Assembly: GCA_017623115.1 (NCBI GenBank)
Contig: JAGAPT010000050.1
Location: forward strand, 4,107 to 68,106
Direction: 5' to 3'
Source of the DNA: Alistipes sp.
GTDB taxonomy: Bacteria; Bacteroidota; Bacteroidia; Bacteroidales; Rikenellaceae
DNA: 64,000 nucleotides
The position numbers and the translations under genes were made by a program. Below are positions 20,475 to 28,698 of this stretch, one piece after another (position 1 is the first letter of the stretch; each line of letters starts with the position of its first letter). The notes under the pieces were generated by a model, which saw only the letters and a list, made by a program, of their open reading frames with translations, searched no databases and had not been told where the DNA came from.

Positions 20475-21087
20475 TCGTGATGAGGAGCGCGCACAGCGTC
20501 CCCAACCCCAACAACCTACGGCTGCGATGAAGGCGGCCGTGGAGGAGACGGTCGAGGTGCTGAAACGAGGCGGGCTGATTCTCTATCCGACCGATACGGT
20601 GTGGGGCATCGGATGTGATGCCACGAATGAGGAGGCTGTTGCCCGTATCTATGCGTTGAAGCAGAGCGAAAACAAACACGCCATGCTTGTGTTGTGCCAT
20701 TCGGCCGAGCAGATCGTCCGCTATGTGAATCGCGCTCCGGGCATCGCCTTCGAGGTGATGGAGATGGCGACATCGCCCCTGACGCTCATCCTGCCCGGGG
20801 CTGTGGGGGTTGCACCGAATCTGATTCCCGATGAGGGTACGCTTGGGGTGCGTGTCCCCGACCATGAGTTTTGTCGGCAGGTGCTGCGGCGACTGGGTCG
20901 GCCGCTGGTCTCGACCTCGGCCAATATCTCGGGCGAGAAGACCCCGAAAGGGCTTGCTGATGTAGCCCGCGAAATCGTCGAAGGGGTCGACTATGTCGTT
21001 CATCCTCGCTTTCAGGGGCGGCCGACCGGTAAACCCTCCTCGATTATCGCCTTCGGCGAAGGGGGTGAGGTACGTGTAATCCGCTAA
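20464..21087 (+). CDS. tsaC: L-threonylcarbamoyladenylate synthase (Sua5/YrdC)
   Basis: YPTDTVWGIGCD, GPLT-like SPLTLIL, GVRVP, STSANISG. Confidence 0.92.
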   Translation: MRNNRDEERAQRPQPQQPTAAMKAAVEETVEVLKRGGLILYPTDTVWGIGCDATNEEAVARIYALKQSENKHAMLVLCHSAEQIVRYVNRAPGIAFEVMEMATSPLTLILPGAVGVAPNLIPDEGTLGVRVPDHEFCRQVLRRLGRPLVSTSANISGEKTPKGLADVAREIVEGVDYVVHPRFQGRPTGKPSSIIAFGEGGEVRVIR

Positions 21088-22018
21088 GGGCTTTCAGTCC
21101 GGCCTGGTAGCCGATGACCGTCAGGACGATGCCGATGAAAATCAACACCAAGGCGGTGATGTTCGTGGCGTCGAACGAGGCTTGGTGGCGGTAGAGGGCC
21201 AAAGCACCGGCGATGAGGGGCTGGATGTAGCGGTAGAGGGCCGTGTGTACGGCCGTTAGATGCTCCGTGCCCCGATAGAGCAACCACATCGGCCAAACCG
21301 TGCCGAGTAGGAGTACATACCCCAATTCTAACAGGGCTCCGAAGGGGAGTTTCAATAGATCGAGCGGGTGGAGGTATTGCCCGAAAAAGGGGTAGGTGAT
21401 GAGCACTCCGATGAAGTAGTACCACCCCATAACCACCCGTGTGCCGAGTCGTTCGAGTTGTGGCTTGATGAGCACCGTGTTGGCGGCAATCGCTACGACG
21501 GCTCCCAGGACCAACAAATTTCCCCATCCGCGTGACCCGTGGGTCAGGACAAATCCTTTGTCGAAAATCAACAACCAGGCTCCGATGAAGATAGCCACCA
21601 CGCCGATGATGCGTGAGCGGTTGAAGGGGTCGTGTCGGTGGAGCAGGCGGTCGATGAAGAGGGTGAAGGCGGGCCCCAGGGTGGCGATGATGGCGGCATC
21701 GATGGGGGAGGTGTAGGAGGAGCCCCACAGCAATAGATACATCCATCCGTAGACAACCAGTATGGAGACGAGCAGAATCCGCAAGGCATCGTGCCATGAG
21801 AGGCGGTAGGTGCGGGGTGAGAAGAGTGCTCCGGGGATGAAAAAGAGGGCGGCAACCAACACCTGCAGGAGAAATAGGAGCCTGAAATCGAGGTAGTTGC
21901 GGATGAGCGATACGTAGAATGAAAAATTGGCACCGAACAAGATGTTCGCTGCAATCAAATCCCAATGAAAAAGTCCTTTACGCACAAGGTCTGTGTGCGC
22001 AAATTTTAGGCCAAGCAA
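21044..22018 (-). CDS. EamA/DMT family transporter
   Basis: About 10 hydrophobic segments in two EamA-like halves (AAIIATLGPAF, YRYIQPLIA). Exact start uncertain. Confidence 0.8.
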   Translation of the reverse strand: MLGLKFAHTDLVRKGLFHWDLIAANILFGANFSFYVSLIRNYLDFRLLFLLQVLVAALFFIPGALFSPRTYRLSWHDALRILLVSILVVYGWMYLLLWGSSYTSPIDAAIIATLGPAFTLFIDRLLHRHDPFNRSRIIGVVAIFIGAWLLIFDKGFVLTHGSRGWGNLLVLGAVVAIAANTVLIKPQLERLGTRVVMGWYYFIGVLITYPFFGQYLHPLDLLKLPFGALLELGYVLLLGTVWPMWLLYRGTEHLTAVHTALYRYIQPLIAGALALYRHQASFDATNITALVLIFIGIVLTVIGYQAGLKALSGLHVPHPLRRRR

Positions 22019-22042
22019 GGTGATAGGGTGGTCGCTGTGTGT

Positions 22043-22378
22043 TTAGTGGGTAACCGATTTGGAGAAGAGGTTGATGATTAAAACTCCTGCCAAAATCAGG
22101 ACCAGACCGATGACAGCCGGCAGATCCAACTGCTCTTTGTGCAGGGCCACACCCAACAGGGCAATGAGCACCATGCCCGAGCCGGCCCAGAGGGCGTAGG
22201 CGACACCCACCGGCATCGTTTTGACGGTGAGGGTCAGGAAGTAGAGGGCTCCAAGATAGGTGATGAGCGTTACTATGGTAGCCCACGGGCGCGTGAACTG
22301 CTCGGTGTATTTAAGCAGCACAGCCCACGCTACCTCACACACAATGGCGGCAGCCAGATAGAGATAACTTTTCCACAT
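22043..22378 (-). CDS. Small multidrug resistance (SMR) family transporter
   Basis: 111 aa, 4 TM, conserved membrane Glu in AIVCEV, PVGVAYALWAG.G. Confidence 0.9.
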   Translation of the reverse strand: MWKSYLYLAAAIVCEVAWAVLLKYTEQFTRPWATIVTLITYLGALYFLTLTVKTMPVGVAYALWAGSGMVLIALLGVALHKEQLDLPAVIGLVLILAGVLIINLFSKSVTH

Positions 22379-22394
22379 CGGAGTATGCCTGTCT

Positions 22395-22778
22395 TTATCT
22401 TCTCACGGGCAGAATCTCAATCCAATAATCGTCGGGGTCGTTGATGAAGTAGAGCCCCATCTGGTGATTCTCGTAGCAGAGACACCCCATCTCGCGGTAG
22501 TATTCGCGCAACGCCTCGTAGTCCCCCTCGACACGCAGACAGAGGTGACTCTCGTTTTCGCCCAACTCGAAGGGGCGGTCGGCATGATCGCGCAGCCACG
22601 TCAGTTCGAGCATGAAGTTGGTCGTATCATCCCCCATAAAGACAATCTCGTAACTGCCGTCCTCGGCCTTCTTGCGGCGAACCTCTTTCAAGCCGAGTGC
22701 CTTTTCGTAGAAGGCAATGCTGCGGTTGAGGTCTTGTACATCGATGTTGAAGTGGTCAAATCGTGCTCCTATTTTCAT
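22395..22778 (-). CDS. VOC family / glyoxalase I-like protein
   Basis: FDHFNIDV.DL.RSI.FY, LELTW, H, FINDPDDYWIEI. Start at MKIGAR (alternative 22784). Confidence 0.88.
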   Translation of the reverse strand: MKIGARFDHFNIDVQDLNRSIAFYEKALGLKEVRRKKAEDGSYEIVFMGDDTTNFMLELTWLRDHADRPFELGENESHLCLRVEGDYEALREYYREMGCLCYENHQMGLYFINDPDDYWIEILPVRR

Positions 22779-22892
22779 GGTCATAACGATAAGGTTTGAG
22801 CAAAGATACGAATTTTCAGGTTTAATTTTCATTTTTCGTTTTTAATTGTGTAATTTTGCGACACGAACGAAAATATAAACGAATAAAATAGT

Positions 22893-23621
22893 ATGGGAAG
22901 AGCATTTGAGTATCGCAAGGCGAGAAAGATGAAGCGCTGGGGTCACATGGCCCGCGTATTTACGAAGCTGGGTAAAGAGATCGAAATCGCCGTGAAGGCA
23001 GCAGGTCCCGATCCTTCGGCCAATACCCGCCTGCGTCTGTTGATTCAGAACGCCAAGGCGGAGAACATGCCCAAGGAGAATGTCGAGCGTGCCATCAAGC
23101 GCGCTACGGAGAAGGATTCGGCCGATTATAAGGAGGTGGTATACGAAGGTTATGGTGCACACGGCATCGCCTTCCTGGTGGAGACCGCAACGGATAACAC
23201 CAACCGCACGGTAGCCAACGTGCGTATGCACTTCAACAAGTGTGGCGGTACGCTCGGTAACAGCGGCTCGGTAGCCTTCATGTTCGAGCATAAGTGCGTC
23301 TTCAAGTTCCGTGCTGCGGAGGGTGTTGATCCCGAGGAGCTCGAGTTGGAGATGATTGACCTGGGTGTTGACGAGTTCTACGCCGAGGAGGATGGCATCA
23401 CGGTATATGCCGCTTATGAGTCGTTTGGCGGTATCCAGAAGTGGCTCGATGACCAGGGCTACGAGATTGTTTCGGGTGAGGGTGTTTACATCCCGACCGA
23501 TACGAAGGAGCTCGATGCCGAGGGCCGTGAGTCGATCGAGAAACTCGTGGAGCGTCTCGAGGAGGATGACGACGTGACGAACGTCTACCATACGATGAAG
23601 GAGGCCGACGAGGAGGAGTAA
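22893..23621 (+). CDS. yebC: YebC/PmpR family protein
   Basis: MGRAFEYRK, GPDPSAN.RL, NMPKENVERAI, YEGYG, TDNTNRT, GSVAFMF. Confidence 0.95.
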   Translation: MGRAFEYRKARKMKRWGHMARVFTKLGKEIEIAVKAAGPDPSANTRLRLLIQNAKAENMPKENVERAIKRATEKDSADYKEVVYEGYGAHGIAFLVETATDNTNRTVANVRMHFNKCGGTLGNSGSVAFMFEHKCVFKFRAAEGVDPEELELEMIDLGVDEFYAEEDGITVYAAYESFGGIQKWLDDQGYEIVSGEGVYIPTDTKELDAEGRESIEKLVERLEEDDDVTNVYHTMKEADEEE

Positions 23622-23720
23622 TTCATCTTGGTCGAGGCACCTTTTAGATAGGTCCAATGGAAGAGGGTGTCGTGTGTGGCTCCCTCTTCTTTGATTTGAT
23701 TGATATAAACACGAATCGGA

Positions 23721-24980
23721 ATGAAAAAGTGGATGATGTGCATCGCCATGTTGGTGGGTGCGATAACAACCATGGAGGCGCAACAGGTGGGGCAACTCTA
23801 TGACCGTGGTGGGGTGCGTGGTATTGTCGTGAAGACGACAGCCGATGGCCGCCCGGCAGTGCTGATGTCGCTCGGCAGCTGCAACGAACGCTACTACGAG
23901 AATAAGGAGTTGCAAAATCCGCCGATGGCCAGCCATCCGAGCGATGGTCGTGCCAATATGCAGGCCATAGAGCAGTACAAAGCGCAATATGGTGGGTCGT
24001 TCCCGGCCTACGAGTGGTGTCGCTCGTTGGGCCCGGGATGGTATCTCCCTTCGGTCAATGAGGTGTATGATGCGTGGATTGTGGCTTTGGGTGGCGAAGA
24101 GGCCCTCGATAATTACGATCAGGATCGCATGATGGCTCTGCGTGAGGTAATCCAGCAGGTCAAAGGTGATAAGGTAACCTGGGATAAGAATCAGCCCATT
24201 CCGTGGATGTCGTCGACGCTGGAGCAGATGACCGGTGGCAAGAAGAATAAAACGGTCTATGTGTTGCGCACGGTGGGTCTGAAAGAGAGCAAGGGTAGCA
24301 CGGCCGGTTCGCTGGCCATCATTGCGTCGCCCTTTGGCCGTAGCCGTAAGGGTGGTAAGATTTCGACCCTCTATGCAGTTCCCTATATGAAGGGTAGCGA
24401 TGCAGCCGGTGTGTGGCGTGCCTTCTATCGTTTGGAGGAGGATGCCTATGCCGGAGGTATCTATGAGGCTCCGCAGCCGACCAAGGGAGCAACCTCGAAT
24501 ATCGGTGCAGCCCCGAATACCCGTTTGGTGGCAGCCGATGCCGCTCCCGCACCCGCTCCTGCACCCGCTCCTGCACCTGCACCCGCACCGACTGTGAAAA
24601 CAGCTCCTGCCCCGACCTATCAGGCACCGGCTCCAAAGGCTGCACCCGCACCGACCTATCAGGCTCCGACTCGGGCGCAAGCACCTGCTCCTGCTCCGGC
24701 ACCTGCAAGTCAGCCGGCGTATCAACAACCTGCCCCCTCGGCTCCGCAGCCGGTGATCTATGCCAACAATACGGGGTGGGATATCATCATTGCCCCCGGG
24801 CAGGATATTCAGTGCAAGGTGATTCGGGTTGGCCAAAAGGAGATTGAGTATAAGAAGGCCGGCTTCCTCGATGGCCCGACCTACACCATCTCACGCAAAA
24901 AGGCCGAGCGCATTATTTATGCGGACGGCCATGAAGAGGAGGTGAAGATTTCGACCTTCGACTTCTTGAAGAAGAAGTAA
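23721..24980 (+). CDS. Secreted hypothetical protein: DUF1566/Lcl-like domain, Pro/Ala linker, small C-terminal beta domain
   Basis: Signal peptide ending MEA-QQ, AYEWCRSLGPGWYLPSVNE motif, (PA)n linker, C-terminal DIII..GQDIQCKV.....IEYKK...GP.Y.I. Confidence 0.6.
   Translation: MKKWMMCIAMLVGAITTMEAQQVGQLYDRGGVRGIVVKTTADGRPAVLMSLGSCNERYYENKELQNPPMASHPSDGRANMQAIEQYKAQYGGSFPAYEWCRSLGPGWYLPSVNEVYDAWIVALGGEEALDNYDQDRMMALREVIQQVKGDKVTWDKNQPIPWMSSTLEQMTGGKKNKTVYVLRTVGLKESKGSTAGSLAIIASPFGRSRKGGKISTLYAVPYMKGSDAAGVWRAFYRLEEDAYAGGIYEAPQPTKGATSNIGAAPNTRLVAADAAPAPAPAPAPAPAPAPTVKTAPAPTYQAPAPKAAPAPTYQAPTRAQAPAPAPAPASQPAYQQPAPSAPQPVIYANNTGWDIIIAPGQDIQCKVIRVGQKEIEYKKAGFLDGPTYTISRKKAERIIYADGHEEEVKISTFDFLKKK
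24540..24752 (+). repeat. Low-complexity Pro/Ala tandem repeat (GCWCCN)n including a duplicated PAPTYQAP
   Basis: gcacccgctcctgcacccgctcctgcacct...; ccgacctatcaggc occurs twice. Confidence 0.85.
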
Positions 24981-25012
24981 GCGCAAGCCGAAAATCACCA
25001 CGCGTTACACTA

Positions 25013-25052
25013 AAAAGGGTGTGTTCCAAAAAAAAGAGTGGAACACACCCTT
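25013..25052. terminator. Bidirectional hairpin, copy 1 of a repeated palindromic element
   Basis: 14-bp stem AAGGGTGTGTTCCA / TGGAACACACCCTT between convergent genes; shares 18 identical nt with 39215-39232. Confidence 0.85.
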
Positions 25053-25061
25053 GTTTTTGCG

Positions 25062-25703
25062 CTATCGAACGAAGATAAATCGACGTGCATCGGTCAGGCA
25101 GTGGGGACAAAATCGGTCGCAGTGGCTGGTCGTATAGAGATTCCCACATTCGGGGCAGACGAAAAAACCTCCCTCGTTCGAGAAACCGTTGAGGTGCTCA
25201 AGAAACCATCGGTGGCGCAGATCGGCCGCCGAGGCCCAGATGAGCATGCGTGCAGCAAGCCGATTGCCGGCGTGCAGGTTGCGTGCAATACGGGCACGAT
25301 GCGTCGAGTCGGCACTGCGTGCTTCGTAGTGGATACTGCGCTGAATATTTCCTGCGGTGGTGCCCCGAAAGAGCAGCATGCGTCCGGGAGGTTGATAGCG
25401 ACCTCCGAGTTTGGTGATAATTAGCGCACATTGCGCCTCCTGCACCCGCTCGGAGTGCGCCATGGCACGGAAAAGACGGGCGGCCGAGAGGTGTGCTTCC
25501 TCCTCGGCAATGGCCGCGAAGTGGTCGTACTGGGCCGATTTGATATGTTTGCGGCGGCAGCAATCGTCGAGGTCGGCCAACACCTCCACATCCCGGTGGT
25601 TGACACGCTCTAAAACGGGACGTGTAACCGCGTAGTACATCCAGCCGAGCATGCCGACAGACCCTACAAAGAGCAACAATATCAATATCAGTCGTGTTCT
25701 CAT
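25062..25703 (-). CDS. Rubrerythrin-like protein with N-terminal hydrophobic anchor
   Basis: Y..FA..AEEE....AARLFRAMA.SE helix pattern; C-terminal CPECG...CPHC rubredoxin knuckle. Confidence 0.75.
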   Translation of the reverse strand: MRTRLILILLLFVGSVGMLGWMYYAVTRPVLERVNHRDVEVLADLDDCCRRKHIKSAQYDHFAAIAEEEAHLSAARLFRAMAHSERVQEAQCALIITKLGGRYQPPGRMLLFRGTTAGNIQRSIHYEARSADSTHRARIARNLHAGNRLAARMLIWASAADLRHRWFLEHLNGFSNEGGFFVCPECGNLYTTSHCDRFCPHCLTDARRFIFVR

Positions 25704-25758
25704 TCTCCATGGCCCCTACGCATGAGTCGGGAAAGGGAGATGATGCACATACAATACC

Positions 25759-25796
25759 AAAAAACTCGGGAGGTGCATCACCTTCCGAGTTTTTTT
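25759..25796 (-). terminator. Intrinsic terminator after pgi
   Basis: Stem AAAAAACTCGGGAGGTG / CACCTTCCGAGTTTTTT with A/T tails. Confidence 0.8.
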
Positions 25797-25813
25797 TGAG
25801 AGCGGTATGTCTG

Positions 25814-27136
25814 TTACAGACGAGCCTTGATGGCCTTCGAAGCCTCCTCATAGCCCGGCTTGTCCAAGAGGGCAAACATATTCTTCTTGTAGGCCTCAAC
25901 GCCCGGCTGGTCAAACGGATTGACACCGAGGATGTAGCCGCTGATGCCACACGCCTTCTCGAAGAAGTAGAGCAGGCCGCCGATGGTCTCCTCGTTGATG
26001 GTCGGAATCTCGATGCGGATGTTCGGCACGCCACCATCCACGTGAGCCAACTGCACGCCAAGTTCGGCCATGCGGTTTACCTCCGAGATGCGCTTGCCGG
26101 CCATGAAGTTCAGACCGTCGAGGTTCTCCTCGTCAGCCTCTACGATGACCTTGTGCTTGGGCTCGGCTACCGAGATGATGGTCTCGAAGAGCGTGCGCTC
26201 GCCCTCCTGAATGTACTGACCCATCGAGTGCAGGTCGGCCGTCAGCGTTACGCTGGCCGGGAAGATACCCTTGCCCTCCTTGCCCTCCGACTCACCATAG
26301 AGCTGCTTCCACCACTCGTTGATGTATTGCAGCTGCGGCTCATACGAACCGAGAATCTCGATCTTCTTGCCATCGGCATAGAGCAGGTTGCGCACGGCGG
26401 CATAGATGGCGGCAGGATTCTCCTCGAACGCCACGCCCTCGGCCGTTGCGGCCTCCATCTGCTGGGCACCCTTCACCAACGCGCGAATATCGACACCGGC
26501 AACAGCCAGCGGCAGCAGACCTACGGGGGTCAGCACCGAGAAACGACCACCTACGTCATCGGGAATCACAAAGGTGGGGTAGCCCTCATTCGTAGCCAGG
26601 GTCTTCAAGGCACCACGAGCCTTGTCCGTTACGGCAGCAATGCGCTCGGCAGCACCGGCCTTGCCATAGCGAGCCTCCAAAGCCGCTTTGATGATGCGGA
26701 AGGCAATCGCCGGCTCGGTCGTCGTACCCGACTTCGAGATGACGATGGCACCCACCTCATGCTCTTGGGCGGCCTCCATCAGGTTGTAGATATAGTCCTC
26801 CGAGATATTCTGTCCGGCAAAGACTACGGTCGGATGCTCCTGCTTCTTTTTGAGCAGTTGGAAGGGGTTCGCCATGGCCTCCAGCACGGCTTTGGCCCCC
26901 AGGTAGGAGCCTCCGATACCGATGCAGATGACCAGGTCGCACTTCTCGCGCAACTTGGCAGCAGCCGCTTCGATGACTGAAAGGGCCTCGTCGTCAATCG
27001 ACGAAGGGAGCTTCACCCAGCCCAAAAAATCGTTTCCTTTGCCCTCGCCGGAGTGCAGGAGAGCGTTGGCAGCCAAAGCCTTGGCTTTCATCTCGGCCGA
27101 AATCTCGAGGCCGGTCTTTGCGTAATCTACTTTCAT
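25814..27136 (-). CDS. pgi: Glucose-6-phosphate isomerase
   Basis: [47 protein letters not shown]. Confidence 0.97.
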   Translation of the reverse strand: MKVDYAKTGLEISAEMKAKALAANALLHSGEGKGNDFLGWVKLPSSIDDEALSVIEAAAAKLREKCDLVICIGIGGSYLGAKAVLEAMANPFQLLKKKQEHPTVVFAGQNISEDYIYNLMEAAQEHEVGAIVISKSGTTTEPAIAFRIIKAALEARYGKAGAAERIAAVTDKARGALKTLATNEGYPTFVIPDDVGGRFSVLTPVGLLPLAVAGVDIRALVKGAQQMEAATAEGVAFEENPAAIYAAVRNLLYADGKKIEILGSYEPQLQYINEWWKQLYGESEGKEGKGIFPASVTLTADLHSMGQYIQEGERTLFETIISVAEPKHKVIVEADEENLDGLNFMAGKRISEVNRMAELGVQLAHVDGGVPNIRIEIPTINEETIGGLLYFFEKACGISGYILGVNPFDQPGVEAYKKNMFALLDKPGYEEASKAIKARL

Positions 27137-27151
27137 GATTGTATAGGTGTT

Positions 27152-28159
27152 TTAGATTAATTTGTCAGTCAGTGCCTTCATCTGCTTGCGTGCCGAGGCC
27201 TTCTCGTAGAGCACTCGGTAGACCATTTCGGCAATCGGCATATCGATTTTGTGGCGGAAGTTGATGTGGCGGATACAGTCGGCTGCAAAGTAGCCTTCGG
27301 CCACCATCGTCATCTCGTTCAGGGCCGTTTTGACCGAGCATCCGTGGCCGATGAGCAGGCCAAGACGGCGGTTGCGGCTGTGTATCGAGTAGCAGGTCAC
27401 GAGCAGGTCGCCCAGATAGGCCGAGGTGAGCGTGTTGCGCTCATAGGGGTAGCTCTCCTCCAGGAAGCGCGTTAGCTCGTTGGCGCAATTCGAGATGAGC
27501 ACGGCGAGGAAGTTGTCGCCATAGCCCAGACCGATGGCCATGCCGCAAGCCAAGGCGTAGATGTTTTTCAGGATGGCGGCATACTCCGTGCCATAGAGGT
27601 CGAGCGAGTAACTCAGGTGGATGTAGGGTGCAGCCAACTTCGACCCCACGATTTGGGCATTCTCGGAGTCGGTGCAGACCACCGTTAGGTAGGAGAGGCG
27701 TTCGCGAGCCACCTCTTCGGCATGGGTCGGGCCTGTGATGAGTCCGATCTGCTTGTACGACAAGTCGTAGTGGTCGTGCAGATATTCGATGACGGTCTTG
27801 TAGTCGCCCGGGATGATACCCTTGACGGCCGAGATGATGAACTTATCCTTGAGCGACTCGGTGAGCGGCTCGAGGAAGGTGGTCAGATAGGCCGAGGGAA
27901 CGGCCATGATGATGATGTCGGCATTGCGCACCACCTCGTTGAGGTCGTCGGAAGGGGCAATGTACTCCTGGTCGAATTCCAAATCACTCAGGTAGCGCAC
28001 GTTGCGTCCTTCGGTAAGCAAGGATTCGAGCACCTCGGGGTTGCGGACATACCAGCCTACGCGCTCTTTGTTGGAGGCCAATACGCCTACCAATGCCGTA
28101 GCCCAGGTGCCGTGGCCGATGACGGCACAACGTGCCGATGTATTGAGTTTGTACTCCAT
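27152..28159 (-). CDS. gpsA: NAD(P)H-dependent glycerol-3-phosphate dehydrogenase
   Basis: IGHGTWATAL, AVKG, GPTHAEEV, LKN.YA, GDL.VTC.S.HSRN, VAEG. Start set at MEYKLN. Confidence 0.93.
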   Translation of the reverse strand: MEYKLNTSARCAVIGHGTWATALVGVLASNKERVGWYVRNPEVLESLLTEGRNVRYLSDLEFDQEYIAPSDDLNEVVRNADIIIMAVPSAYLTTFLEPLTESLKDKFIISAVKGIIPGDYKTVIEYLHDHYDLSYKQIGLITGPTHAEEVARERLSYLTVVCTDSENAQIVGSKLAAPYIHLSYSLDLYGTEYAAILKNIYALACGMAIGLGYGDNFLAVLISNCANELTRFLEESYPYERNTLTSAYLGDLLVTCYSIHSRNRRLGLLIGHGCSVKTALNEMTMVAEGYFAADCIRHINFRHKIDMPIAEMVYRVLYEKASARKQMKALTDKLI

Positions 28160-28330
28160 GTGGGTCTGTTTTTTCATGATAGTAACATACAAAGATACAC
28201 TTTTTCGCGAAAGAAACCACCACTCGACCCAAAAAAGTGACCCAATCGAAGAGATACAACCTTGAAAGGCCTCGCCCTCGAGCGCGCCTTTTGTTACATT
28301 ACCTTATAATATTATAAATAGGTATGGAGA

Positions 28331-28546
28331 TTAGCCGAGCAAGTTGACCAATTGAATCTCGAGCGCATTACAGATGATGCAAAGCGTCTTGATGGTCATA
28401 TTGCTGCGGCCTGCCTCAATACGGCTGAGATTTGAACGCTCGATGTTACATCGATAGGCCAATTCTTGTACCGATAGCCCTTTTTCGGTACGAATATGTT
28501 TAATTGCTTGAGCAATTCGGACAATTTCTATCTCATATTGAATCAT
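28331..28546 (-). CDS. XRE-family helix-turn-helix regulator (71 aa)
   Basis: IKHIRTEKGLSVQELAYRCNIERSNLSRIEAG..N.TIKTL. Start set at MIQYE (the track start 28567 lies in an A-run). Confidence 0.88.
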   Translation of the reverse strand: MIQYEIEIVRIAQAIKHIRTEKGLSVQELAYRCNIERSNLSRIEAGRSNMTIKTLCIICNALEIQLVNLLG

Positions 28547-28580
28547 AGGTGCGAAAAAAAATGACAAAAAAAATTGCTAA

Positions 28581-28629
28581 TGCAAAGTTTAGTCTTTATA
28601 TTTGCACCATGCGTATCATATAAGATACG
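28581..28629. promoter_or_regulatory. Back-to-back divergent promoter with a palindromic operator candidate
   Basis: TATATTTG at 28597-28604 (+). TGCAAA...TTTGCA inverted pair at 28581-28606. CGTATC-N6-GATACG at 28612-28629. Confidence 0.6.
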
Positions 28630-28698
28630 GTTTGGAAGAAAGCAAACGATAACGTTACTAACTCTATATCAATTTTTTATTAATAATTATTTTTCAGT

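Noticed and set aside
23721-24980. DUF1566-like gene as a diversity-generating retroelement target
   Set aside because: No reverse transcriptase and no template/variable repeat pair differing at adenines found in the window.
28295-28324. Possible dif (XerCD) site
   Set aside because: It lacks the 11-6-11 layout and the TTATGTTAAAT-like XerD arm; kept only as a low-interest palindrome.
28547-28698. Invertible promoter (inverton) upstream of the giant lipoprotein
   Set aside because: No long inverted repeats flank the promoter (only 6-bp dyads), and there is no recombinase in the window.
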